A DNA stretch of 64,000 nucleotides from Octopus sinensis. Taxonomy: Eukaryota. The position numbers and the translations under genes are program-made. The first letter of the stretch is position 1. The number at the start of each line of letters is the position of its first letter. The DNA is taken from positions 42,780,001 to 42,844,000 of the forward strand of contig NC_043012.1 in the NCBI RefSeq assembly GCF_006345805.1. The letters run 5' to 3'. The notes below the pieces were generated by a model. It made no database searches. It was not told the origin of the DNA and saw only the letters and a program-made list of their open reading frames with translations. This document shows positions 1 through 11,959 of this stretch, piece by piece.

Positions 1-295
1 ACAGCTTAATTCAGTAATTTATAAACTGAAGAAGTCCTTAGTTTCCACTTCCAAAACACAAGTTCTATCACCATCTAATTTCACAAACTTATCTTGGTCC
101 AGTTGAAACTGAATAGCATGTTATGTTGAAAATGTATTGCATCAAAAGAAAGGAAACTTGCACTATAATTTACTCAACTATACAGTCTTTATTCTGATTA
201 ACTTACAATCTCTTTTCTAAATAAAAGAGAATGAAAAATACTTTCAGAATGTATGAAAGGGAATTACTATATAACTTGTCATTTTTACATAAATA

Positions 296-455
296 TTATT
301 TTTTAGCGCTTTTACAATATTTAGCTTCAAGAGAAGCAATAGTACTATTAAAGTTGTTGGCTCTTCTTTTCAATATTTGACTTTCAAGTGAATTTTCACT
401 GTTCAACCCAAGTTTCTTTTTCATTTCTTCAGCTTCTTTTGCTTCCATTTCAAAT
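296..455 (-). CDS. DNAJC9: DNAJC9 coding exon 2 (C-terminal histone H3-H4 binding region)
   Basis: Acceptor ttttgttgcag|A; AG+A gives Arg in phase with exon 1, then FEMEAKEAEEMKKKLGL...SLESQILKRR...FNSTIASLEAKYCKSAKK*. Resembles the DNAJC9 C-terminus (EAKEAE...LEAKY). Total 243 aa. Confidence 0.9.
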
Positions 456-1456
456 CTGCAACAAAAGAATTTAGATTTAGTATCAAATTTATTATACAAG
501 TTGAACAATTAAAAGCACAGCTTATCACAATGGATATTCAAACATTCATCTTTGTAGCAGGACCCATAAATATTTCAAGGAATATTTCTGAAAACTTTAT
601 CCAAAAAACCTGAAAGCATAGCTTGTGTTGTGTCTATATAGAAAGCTAGTCATTTATCTGCTGCTCACTGAAAAGTGAAAGAAATTGGAATATGACGATT
701 ACTTAATGCACTTTATATTCTTTATGCATAATCTTACAGACTTAATACATAGCACTCATAAAATAAATATTCACTCTTATTTTTCCATTTTCCCCCACAA
801 ACAAAAAATCTCATACATATGATACAACCTTCAGTTAAATTACATATATCTGCCACATAAATAAGTGTGAATATTTCACAGAATTGTACTTGTGCGCATG
901 CATTAAGTAATAGGTGATATAAAAAAATTAGTTCAATTTTCACTATCCAATCACCTCCACCTCTCTCTGCCTTAATCAGAACATTACCCCTCTGCTAAAA
1001 TTATATTTTTAACTCTCCCCCTCTACCTTCAATGAACTTTTTTAACTATGTAATAGATATTATGTTCCCCCACCTCACATCATGGACGCTTCTCTCTTCC
1101 TCTTTGCCTTATCCTCTTTTTCTCTCTCCTATTTTTCCCTTCAACTAATCACATGAAAACATTACAATTACATTCCCTCTACCTGTCATGGACACTTCTC
1201 TCTCCCTCTTTTTCTCTTATCACATGAAAGTGTTACTGACAGGCTAAGTAACACAATGACAAGCAGAATTATTATAAGATGTGACAGGCTACAATGGATC
1301 TGTTTACTGAATTCTTCTGTTCCATCCCTGTCCTTCCCCTATCAGCATGGCTTTCCTGTGGAGCCCAAATTTGCAATGTTGCTTTCAAACTCAATTACAC
1401 TGATGTAATTGAGCCCCATCAAAGATTTTATATTCTTAGGAATTATTTGTTAACAC

Positions 1457-1732
1457 AGGTATGGCCTGTGGTAAGAAGTTAGGTTCCCAGCAACATGGTT
1501 CTGAGTTCAGCCCCACTGCATGGCACCTTGGGCAAGTGACTTCTACTATAGCCTCAGACTGACTGAAGCCTTGTGAGTGGATTTAGTAGACAGAAATTAA
1601 AAGAAACCTGTTATATGTGTGTTTGCCTCCATCACTGCTTGACAACCAGTGTTGGTGTATTTACATCCCTGTAACTTAGCAGTTCGGCAAAAGAAACCAA
1701 TAGAATAAGTACCAGCTTAAAAAATAAGTTAG
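1457..1732 (+). mobile_element. tRNA-derived SINE (octopus-type family)
   Basis: Head tggcctgtggtaag...ggttctgagttcagccccactgcatggcaccttgggcaag and core ccctgtaacttagcagttcggcaaaag; the same family recurs at about 18365, 19729 and 62782. Confidence 0.75.
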
Positions 1733-1989
1733 TTTTCCCTGTGCCATGAGGCACATAAGCAACAACACAATCTCTCCAACTAGCTCTGTTTTCTGCCACT
1801 ATTCTGGTCTCTTTCCACATTCAGATAGTGCTTTTTACATGCCACTGGCACAGGTATCACAACTGCAATTTCCATTTGATTTTCATTTTGATGTTGATGT
1901 ACTTGACGCAATAGTTCTCCTCAAGCACAGCAGGTCGTCCTATGATCCAAGGTAAGCACAGCAGGTCGCCCTACAATCCAAGGTACTTT

Positions 1990-3060
1990 TGAATGGGCTG
2001 GGGCTGGTTATGTGAAACTGGTGTAGGATACAGCCATGTCTTCTCAATCACAGCATATCTCCAGAGGTCTTGGTCTTTCAGCATTGCCTCTGTGAGGCCC
2101 AACGTTCGAAGATCACGCTTCACTACCTCATCCCATGTCTTCCTGGATTCCTTCTACTGTTTGGGAGTGGCACTTCTTCAGAGCTCTCCTCATCCATCCG
2201 TAGTACATGACCATACCAGCGCAAATATCTCTCTTGCATGCCACATCCGATGCTTCTTATGTCCAATATTTCTCTCAGAGCACTTACACTCTGTCATGTG
2301 TGCACACTGACATTACATATCCAGTGGATCATGCTAACTTCATTTCTTTCAAGCCAACGCATGTAACTCCACAGTCACGGCCCATGTTTCACTGCTGTGA
2401 AGCATGGCAGTTTGTACACATGCATTGTACAATCTACCTTTCACTCTGAGCAAGAGGCCCTTGTCACTAGTTGGGGTAGAAGTTTTCTAAATTTTGCTCA
2501 GGCTATTCTTATTCTAGTGCTAACACTCTCAGAGCTTCCATCCCCACTACTAACTTGGTCACCTAGGTAGCAGAAGTTATCAACTACATCTAGTTTCTCC
2601 CCCTGGAGTGTGATGGAATCTGTTTTCTGAGCATCTGTGGTGTTTATTGCCCCTATGCATCTGCCGCGCGTGAAAGCTATCTTCGATGTTAGTGCACCTC
2701 TTATGTGTCTATAGCTTGCACTAGGTACATCTTTTGGAGTTTCTACCTACACATTTTCTACAGATCAAGCACGGCCACCTACCTGAGGGTGTGTGTGATG
2801 AGTTCACTTTCCTACTTACTAGAACTTTGGTCTTTGCTACATTGACTCTAAGACCCTTTGATTCTAAACCTAGCTTCCACACCCAAAATTTCTCTAGTTC
2901 TGGTAGTGATTCTGCTATGAGGGCCAGGTCATTAGCATAGAGGAGCTCCCAGGGGCAACCCGTCTTGAATTCCTGTGGAGGACTATGATGAATAAAAGGA
3001 GACTGAGGGCTGATCCTTGGTGGACCCCTACTTCTATCCGGAATTCTTTAATTTGTTTGA
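1990..3060 (-). mobile_element. Decayed RTE-clade LINE, 3' part of RT ORF
   Basis: Antisense copy homologous to the RTE at 33138-34911 (region encoding GCPWELLY, KGLRVN, VVKRDLRTL). Confidence 0.85.
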
Positions 3061-3539
3061 CTAAAATTCCTCAAGGTGGTGCCCCAGCATGGCTGCAGTC
3101 TAATAACTGAAACAAGTAAAAAATATTTATCTATAAAATACTTTTCTCCGCAGCTCTTTGACAATGTAACTCATGAAAAACTCAAAAGTACATTTAACAT
3201 CAAGCTTACTTCAGTATCCTTTGCCAAGGAGGCACTGCTCAAATGGTATGGGAATCTGGGTTTACATAAATGCTCCTCTATCTTTCCTTTGCTTCCTTTC
3301 TTCCATTTATGCTTGATCTTTTTGTGATAAACAATATTCTCTCTTTTCCAAGATGGATTAGCTCCAACAGGGAAGTGAATGAAGCTCTACAACTGTGGAG
3401 TGGGCTTGTTAACTCCAGTGTGGAGAAAACTGACTTAGAGAGTTTGATATAACTTACAGTCCTAACACATTTTTGGCTTTTTTTTTTTTTTATCTGATCA
3501 AAACTCAAGATGCTGCCCACTTTCTCAAAGTGTCAAGTT

Positions 3540-4380
3540 TTCTGGAGATAGGATAGATACAGTGTGTAGCAAATATCAGTGGGTTAGGAGCCCTACATCT
3601 CTATCACCTTCAGAGCCAGAGCTGATAGATGCAGGGGAATGAAGTGTTATTGTGGCATGCCTCTCAGTTCTAAGGTATAGATGGCAATGCTTGCCACAAG
3701 ATAAATACGATCATTTAATGAGCTGAAGTCAGAGTAAATATCATCTCAATTCTGGAACCAGTAGGATAGTCCTGGAATGATGAAAAGAGGACCAATGGAC
3801 CCCTTGACTCTAAGATAGCAGCAGATGCCTTGTATTAGATGTTACTATTAGTGACTCATGAACTCCATCACATATCCTTAATGCTGTTGTGAAGGTTGGA
3901 GTTACTGCATTTACAGCTAAACAAAATAATGCACCAAAATACCATAATTTGTTGGCAAATTATGTAGTTTAACCCGAAGTTTTTAAGATATTGGAGAGGA
4001 TTGGACAACTGACAAAGCTCACTGAAGTATCAGGTGATGCTCAAGCGAGTGCTTGGCTGTTCCAGCACCTAAGCCCTGCAGTTAAGTGGTAAGTGATTTG
4101 GGATGTCTCACAAATTTCTAGAGAACACTAGTTTCCCATGGTACAATGTATAATTGAGGGAGTGTGTGCATACCTCTATTTTGATTATTTACCCATTTCT
4201 ATTTTTTCTTTCTTTCTTATTCTCTAACTATTTACTTTTATAAATTACTTTCTTTTCTCTGAATTATTGCAAATAAAATTTGTTAATTCCCTTCACATAC
4301 TTGAGCTGCAAATTTATGGTTTTATGCTGACGATATCAGAATCTATAATGATGCTGAGGTCCATATCATAGCACATTACT
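3540..4380 (+). mobile_element. Very old LINE RT relic
   Basis: FYADDIRIY (tat gct gac gat at 4323-4334) in broken frames; boundaries approximate. Confidence 0.4.
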
Positions 4381-4694
4381 GAATATTGAAAATTATTTAT
4401 CTTGTTAGAAAATAACTGTTTAGCTAGCATAACTACAGATTAGTGCTCTTCAACACTCAACCTTGTTTCAGAAAAAATGCATATTTTTTAATGAAAATTT
4501 GTAGATACATTCTTGAGTACAATTACATTCATCAAATTAAAAAAAAAAAAGAATTGAAGGATTTTGGATCATTCTCTGCATCCCCATCACAACTGCTTCT
4601 TTATAACTATTTAAATCATTATTTTAAAACATTTTCCAGAAATATTTACAAGCAATTTTGTGAAAATATGTTTTTGAGAATTTAGATTGTGTTG

Positions 4695-4960
4695 TAGTTG
4701 TGCCCCTTGTGCCAGTAACACGTAAAAAAGCACCATCTGAACGTGGCCAATGCCAGTGCCGCCTTGACTAGCTTCCGTGTTGGTGGCATGTAAAAAGCAG
4801 CCACTACACTCTCGGAGTAGTTGGCGTTAGGAAGGGCAACCAGCTGTAGAAACACTGCCAGATCAGATTGGGGCCTGGTGCAGCCTCCTGGCTTCCCAGA
4901 CCCCAGTTGAACCATCCAACCTATGCTAGCATGGAAAACGGACGTTAAATGATGATGATT
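4695..4960 (+). mobile_element. RTE 3'UTR-derived short element with (ATG)n tail
   Basis: aaaaagcagccactacactctcggagtagttggcgttaggaagggc...ccaacctatgctagcatggaaaacggacgttaaatgatgatgat; the same tail recurs many times in the window. Confidence 0.8.
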
Positions 4961-5199
4961 ATGTTAAACCATTACAAATAAAAAGTTTTTGAATAGTTTT
5001 GGATTGCTCTACTTCTATTCTCCTAATTTTGCTATATACCACTAACTTTCTTAATTTTAATATTTTTTACTTTTTTCAGAAGCATCAACATACCAAAGAT
5101 CCGCACTTGGAGGTGTATTTCTGCAAAATGTGAGGGGGGATGAGGAGAATGATCCCAAACCTCTTAATATTTTTCTTTTAATGTTAACAATCATAATAC

Positions 5200-6020
5200 A
5201 TATTCCTCGAAAATTATATCTGCAAAATTTCATAAGGAATATGTATTTTTCAGAAAATTATGCAGTAAATATGCTTTCAAGAGTGTAGATTATACAAGAC
5301 GTACCCCACCCGATTTTGTTTCCACATAACTTTCAGAAAAATGGGTACTTTTTTAATGAAATTTTCTACAAATATGTTTAGGATGGTGTAGATCCCGATA
5401 ATATCGGGACTTGCGAAAAAACCTTTCTACGAGTGGGGAGAGGAGTTACAAGAAATTCACACAAGTCGTCTTTCTTTATAACTTTAAAAATGGGTATTTT
5501 TTAGTGAAATTTTCCACAAATAACCTTAAGAGTGTAGATTACGATCATATGAGAATTTAATGTTAAAAAAAAAAAACAATGTAAAGAATACGCATACCCG
5601 GTGGTCAAGGTGAGGGTTAAGCCGAAAACGGGTGGTATGCGTATTCTTTACCTCTGCTCGCACACATGCATATTGGACACATCATATATTTACAAAATCA
5701 AACTTGAAATTTCGAAACATTTGTGATGTGTACGTGCTCACCCTTTTTCTTTACACCTCAAATTCCAATATAATCGTAATCTACACACCCTGAAAGGTAT
5801 TTGTAGAAAATTTCATTAAAAAAATATAATTTTTTCTGAAAGTTATGAGAAAACAAAGTCGACTCGTGTGAATTTTCTGAAACTCCTCTCCCCACTTCTG
5901 GGAAATGTTTTGCACAACAAATTCCGATGTAATCGAAATCTACACTATCTGAAGTGTGTTTGTAGGAAATTTTATTTTAAAATATTCATTTTTCTGGAAG
6001 TTATGAGGAAACAAATTTGA
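5200..6020. repeat. Foldback/MITE-like element with subrepeated inverted arms and central hairpin
   Basis: Left arm motifs (ataactttcagaaaaat...gtgtagatt, gagtggggagaggagtt) are mirrored in the right arm (aatctacac...tttctgaaagttat, aactcctctccccact). Perfect 18-bp inverted repeat at 5581-5598 / 5634-5651. Confidence 0.65.
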
Positions 6021-7442
6021 GGAGGGAGGCACGAACAGAAAAAAATCAAAAAGGCTACACTTAAGGAAATTGGCAGAACAAAATCGAATCAGAGAAAAAG
6101 GGAAGAACGACACGAAACTGACAAAAGGCAAGAGAAGATAGATCGAATACATCGGCGCTCCAGTGATCAACTAACTGCTACTTATTTTATTAAGCTTGAG
6201 ATTAGTGATCAGAACGTAGATGAGGCTAATAATGAGGCTAATAATGAAGAAGAAAGGATCAAAATTTCCTGATTTCTGCCCCACCACATCCTCTACTTTA
6301 GATGATCATAATCAGAAAATATTCCTTATTTTGGCGATCCTTCGGAATAGGTACCGGAAGTGGCTTTGTTTACATTTCTGAAGATAACAGAAACCTTTTC
6401 TCCCACCCCTAACCCCCCCCCATATATATAAAAAAACACTTTCTTGAAATGTATCCGGTACCTATACCGAAGTTACGCCCTTATTTTTACTTCTGGGGTC
6501 GTCTGTCTTTCTATTAGAAACGTTTACCTGGGAATTTACTAAAAGTGAAAACAAAAATCGTATGTAACAGATAAGTCATCTTAACATATTTCTGTGTACC
6601 AGACCTTTAGCTGTTATTTTTAGCATAACGAGTTTCTTGGTGAGGGTTTCATTTGCCTTCATTGTCTGTTTGTTGCTTCAGTAGAAATCTTCGGAGATTA
6701 CGAAGATGCAAAAAGAAAAAAATTTTAACCCAACTCGCCGCCCCCCACTACCTCTCTTTCCTAGGGGTACAAAAGGAAGTCTTGCCATGCATTTTTCAAG
6801 GAGGGGTGCGAACCTACATTTGGCCCCTTTTAAACACGTCACAAATTAGTTGCGTCGTTAACACTCTAAGGAAGTAGTATCGGAATATCCAAGTCTATTT
6901 TTGTATTTTCCTCGGATCGTTTCGGTTTCATTATTAATCACGTAGATAAGATGTACTTGAAAAAAGACTGCAAATTTTTTTTTCCTAAATGTCACCAACA
7001 TAATTGTAATCAACACCCTCGAAAACGTATATCTGTAAAAATTCATGGCAAAACGTGCATTTTCTGTTGGAGAGAAGGTACGAATCTGTAGTTATGTTCC
7101 GAAAATAAAAAATTAAAAGTCGAGCCGGAAAGAAATGTCAGATGTGTTATTCAATTTCTTTGCGTAATTTATAAATACATACAACATATTTTATACATAA
7201 AACTCAGCGATACGAGCCAATATTAATTTGAGTTGTTCAGCACTCTGTGTCTGTGGGTGCCATCCATAACATCATTTACAAGTATATAAATGAACAATAT
7301 TTATTGATTCTAACAATAAACACGGCAATCAGCTTTCGCTCCAATTAAAATCCTAGTCTCTTTAAAGACTACTCGATATTCGTGTTTCCCTATTGTGTGA
7401 AAATACAAAAGACCTAGTCATTTTAAGAGTGTTTAAATTTAC

Positions 7443-8014
7443 CTTTTACTCCGCTTGTGTTTCTTCTTCATATCCTCTTTTATAAACATTTCAAAGTTTG
7501 GCAATTGTTTCTTTTTAATAAGTCCTTGAACAATATTTACAAATCTTGGTTCGTCTTCAGAAGTAGAACACATCATATTATCCATAATTCTATCCATGTC
7601 ACCTTCATATTCTACATAGCAGTTTTTCAAGTCTTCTAGTTCTTGAGCCGACCCTTTGTATTGTTTTTCGAACTCCATAACATCGTTGACAGAAATTCTT
7701 TTGAAGAGGCAACGCCAATATGCGTACCAATCCTTACCGTCATCGACCAAATCATCGTCTATGCTACCGGTTTGATCGTAGATGGCTCGTTTATCATCGT
7801 CCTGTAATATCGAGTAAATTTTTGACAAAACTTGAAACTTCGCTGTTGCTTCTTCTCGCTGGCTTTCAGTAAATTTATCTGGGTGTGTTGTTAGGGACTT
7901 TTTGTAATATGCTCTTTTAATTTCATTTGCACTGGCGGTTTTATCTACGCCGAATATTTCGTACAAGCAATCGCTGTTGAATAGCGTCCTACATAATTCA
8001 AATAGATTAGACAT
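7443..8014 (-). CDS. DNAJC9: DnaJ homolog subfamily C member 9, coding exon 1 (J domain plus middle region)
   Basis: ORF MSNLFELC...LYEIFGV...YYKKSLTTHPDK (HPD motif)...WYAYWRCLFKRISVNDVMEFEKQYKGS...MDRIMDNMMC matches the DNAJC9 family. Donor AAAAG|GTAAAT with GT at 7442-7441; exon is 572 nt, phase 2. Confidence 0.93.
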
Positions 8015-8116
8015 TTTCTATTGTTTTTGATCCTTGTACTTTAAAAGCTTCGCAAAATTAGACATAAAGGAAATATAAAATGTTCTTTTTATATCTAAAT
8101 TGCCGCTAAGAAAATA

Positions 8117-8124
8117 GCGGGAAA
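8117..8124 (-). promoter_or_regulatory. Canonical E2F site (TTTCCCGC) in the DNAJC9 promoter
   Basis: GCGGGAAA on +, about 100 bp upstream of the DNAJC9 ATG; a CpG-containing motif in AT-rich context. Confidence 0.6.
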
Positions 8125-8194
8125 CAAGCACGTTTAAGTGGGAAGTTACGGTTCTTAGCATGTAGCCCTCCCCCCTCTCTCTCTCTCTCTCTCA

Positions 8195-8236
<42 letters not shown>

Positions 8237-8240
<4 letters not shown>

Positions 8241-8421
8241 GAAAGAAAAGGACGTTCAGAATGCTGGATGGTTGTATATAAAAATATATATATATTTATT
8301 TACATATCACATATTATTTCTTCAAATCACGTAATTAAATATGTGATTAGAAGAAATAATAAATATATATATTTTTTTATATACAACCTTCCAGCATTCT
8401 GAACGTCCTTTTCTTTCATAT
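8237..8421. mobile_element. 185-bp palindromic MITE
   Basis: About 48-bp terminal inverted repeats atatgaaagaaaaggacgttcagaatgctgga(t/a)ggttgtatataaaaa with 1 mismatch, an inner inverted repeat tattatttcttc.aatcac / gtgatt.gaagaaataata, and a (TA)n flank. Confidence 0.8.
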
Positions 8422-8471
8422 GTTTTAAATCTGTTTATCACCCCCAATACTTATCAAAAGGAAAAGATCCC

Positions 8472-8508
<37 letters not shown>

Positions 8509-9893
8509 TTGTTGCTTATTTTGATTTTAATCGCCTTACTTTGAAATTGTATGGATAATACCATACTAAATTCTGGTGCCTCAACTTAAGTACCATATTC
8601 ATTTGAATTAAAATTAGGGCTGAACTCATATATATATGTATGTATATAATGAGAGAGAGGGGGGCGAAACAGCATTATGGGCGATTAATAGTTGTTCGCA
8701 AATTATAGAAGGTGAAAAAAAGTGTAAATTATCGTGAATGCTTCCACTACCACCACCCAAAATATATGTTTCAAACAAAGGTATAACAATATGGCATGTG
8801 GTCAAGAGACACAAATTAGGTGCGATAATTAGATTTTCTGCAATCTTTGGAGTTAGAATCCCAAAACTACGACATTATTGAAATGGATAGTTCTACGAAA
8901 TTCAGCAAATATTATTACAACAGGTTTTCACATTATTACAAAATTTAATAGAAATTATTTTATTCGTATAATTTACCCGTAATGAGTTTATTTTTACCAT
9001 TTAAACACTAGAGAACCCACATTAATTTTAATAAAAATAAAACGATTTCAACTTTTGGAAGAAAATTCATCAATGCCTATGCACCAACTTGCCAGTAATC
9101 AAACTGACAAGTTTTTCACTATACGTAATTATTTTGAAATCGCATAATTATGCAAACCAACTAGTTTTGTTTCTTGCCATAGTTTAAATAAAGTCTTTTA
9201 AATCGGTTCTCCATACACAACAATTTCCCTTAATCATTATAGGCACAAAACTATTCAGGAAAAACCTGCAAGAGGACCCAACAGAGTAGGTGTACATGAG
9301 TTGGAAGCAAATATCAAACATCTACATCCACATGACTGAAAGCACAGATGACTCAAAACTTGTGGTGAACTTGTATTATGTAGATCAAAGCACTTTCACA
9401 AGTGGAGGAAACAATCTTTGAAGCAGTTGTCAAAATGTGATGCAATGTTTCTGAAAAGTTTCCCTATAATGATGAGACACAAGGTAAAAATACTCAAGGA
9501 ACAGGGAAATGAATCAATCAAGTCTTAAAACTTTTTGCAACTTTGCAAAACATTTTGCATGATGTCCAAAAAATTCAAACATTGTCATTCAGTGACATTG
9601 AATTAATTTGCCAGAATTCAATTGCATACAATTCATCAAAGGATACTAGAGACATTAGATGATGTCCTCAATCAATTATAAAGATTGCATTTAACACTTG
9701 AACTAGCTATTGAAAATACTCACCAGTTGCGGACGCATGGGTGTTGTCCTAGTTGCCTGAACAACACCCTTTCTAGCTGAGCCGACATCAAATATAACAC
9801 TGTCATTTTATTTCTAGCAGTTTCTCAGCATTACTGTTTCATATGCATATCGACTGCTACAACAATGTTAGAATACATAAAAATGTGTATATT

Positions 9894-10348
9894 TGTTATG
9901 AATTGTGATTCCCACCTTATATTGTATATTTTTCAAAACTTTTGGGCAACACTAAAAAAAAATTCATGAATCCCTTGCTGCTCACAATCTATCTCTGAGC
10001 ATTGATATGTGTATTCCTACACCTGAAAGAGTGCATGTACTGTGTGTATCTTCCCTTAAAATCATTGGCAATTATGCTTCTACCCAATATAGTGTCTTGT
10101 GATATCATCAGATGGAGTGAGAGTGGCTGTGAAGCATAGCTTTTGAGAGGACCACTACATATAAATAGTAGCAGTCTGAGTAAGTGAGGTAGTTCATACT
10201 AGTCTTAAAGTTTACAGTTCGAGTTAGCGTGTTGGATTGTTGGTTCTTAAAAGATTGTTGTTACATTATGTTTGGTTACTGCCGTTGGTTTCAATTATAT
10301 TATTATCACACTGTTGCAACGTATTCGTTTATCCATAAGGATATAACA
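9894..10348 (+). mobile_element. Ty3/Gypsy LTR (5' LTR)
   Basis: TGTTAT...ATAACA inverted termini, about 455 bp, directly upstream of gag-like sequence. Confidence 0.6.
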
Positions 10349-10419
10349 TCTTGTAATGATGATCGTTTGAAACTCACATTGGTTATTTGACAATTTCTGT
10401 GTCATAGAAAACCTATTAA

Positions 10420-11280
10420 GCACATTAGTACAGCTTCAAGAGAAGCAACAGGAACAACTACAGGAGTTGCAAAAACAAATACTACAACAACTACAATTAA
10501 TTGAGTTACAGTCGGTGAAATCCCCAAATCCAGTAATTCTGAGGATAGTATTAGGTTTCTCACATATTATAGAAGATATGAGGAAATTTTTAATGAGTGC
10601 AAGTCATGGTTGGAGGAGCAGAAAATAAGGCTTTTACTATGCAAGGTAGCTCCTGCCAAACATAAGCATTACTGTAACTTTATTCAAAAAGTCAAGTGAG
10701 ATTAGTTTCCAAGAAACCATGGAACTGCTTTCAAAAATTTTTCCTGATGGAAATTCATTATTCAACACCAGAATGGAGAGTTGGAACTTAACAAAGAATG
10801 AGGAGGAGGATTTTATCACTACATCAAAGTAGTCAACCATGTGTGTGAAAATTTCAAACTCCAGCTTCTCACTGACGATATGTTCAAATCACTTCAGTGG
10901 AGTAAAGAGAATATTGTCATCTAAGTATATTGCCCACAACACCATTGCAGTAGCTGTCCTCATAACTAAGTTTGGCCTTATGAACTAGTCATTACAAGAA
11001 CTCTATGAAATAGATGTTCAGATTTGCAAGCTGTTCCATGTTACAGGAAACTTCAACACCAGTGGAGGCTATACTTCCCATGCAAGGGTGGTGGCCATGG
11101 TCTCAAATCTGTATTGATATCTTATAAAACACATATTCTGAGATTGAAATATCTGCAGTAGAGGAAAGAGACCAGTTACTATCTTGTGACCTTGAAATCA
11201 ACAACTTAATTAGGACAGCTAATGAACTTGAGGAGAGGTGTGAAATAAGAGCTGATATACACTGCATGTCAAATTATTAG
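10420..11280 (+). pseudogene. Frameshifted Gypsy gag (K02A2.6-like family)
   Basis: Frames give YYRRYEEIFNECKSWLEEQKIRLLLCK..., SEISFQETMELLSKIF...SLFNTR...EEDF and VVNHVCENFKL...DDMFK, typical of this gag group. Confidence 0.7.
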
Positions 11281-11574
11281 GCAGCTCAGTTTTTCACAAT
11301 AACATTTATTTGTTTGAATCCAGATACTTTTCCACTTCATGATGATAACATCCATCTGCATGTACAGTACCAAAATAAATCCAATCCACCCATACATAAA
11401 GAAACAACAGCCATTTTTGTTCATAATAAAAATGCTAATTATGCAAAAGCAAACATTTATTTAATGCGACAATTAATTTTTAACAACAAATATAATCATA
11501 ACAGACTTTATAATGAGGATAATAACATGTTTAAATGGAAATAATACAAAAAATATGATGTCTTAAAGTTCTTA

Positions 11575-11765
11575 ATGATGGATGTATGATCTTCCACATG
11601 AGAGAACGTCTCTGACACGTTTATCCATTGAATTTGTCAAGGTAACTATTTCATCTGGTGTAATTCTGTCAGCAGCATCCACAATAGCTTCCCAGGGTAA
11701 TCTTTCGTTGAAAACTGCCATCCATCTTGATATATCTTCCTATAGAAATTCACGAGACACTTGTA
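11575..11765 (-). mobile_element. Tc1-like transposase C-terminal fragment
   Basis: Translates to ...LPWEAIVDAADRITPDEIVTLTNSMDKRVRDVLSCGRSY. Confidence 0.55.
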
Positions 11766-11959
11766 ATAAGTCATAACTTTTATTATTGGAGGTAATGCAT
11801 TAACATACAAGGTTAATTGAGGGAAGCTTATAACATTACATGAATATGTTTTGGTTGCAATCACATGTCTCCAAGTAAGTAAGGTGAATGGGAGCGCGAG
11901 CAGGTGTAAGGTGCAGCGGCCTGACCCAATGCATGTTGAAGAATCAACAGGCACTGAAT

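Noticed and set aside
7439-8014. Intronless 191-aa DNAJC9 or retrocopy
   Set aside because: A valid donor and a phase-compatible second exon supply the conserved C-terminus.
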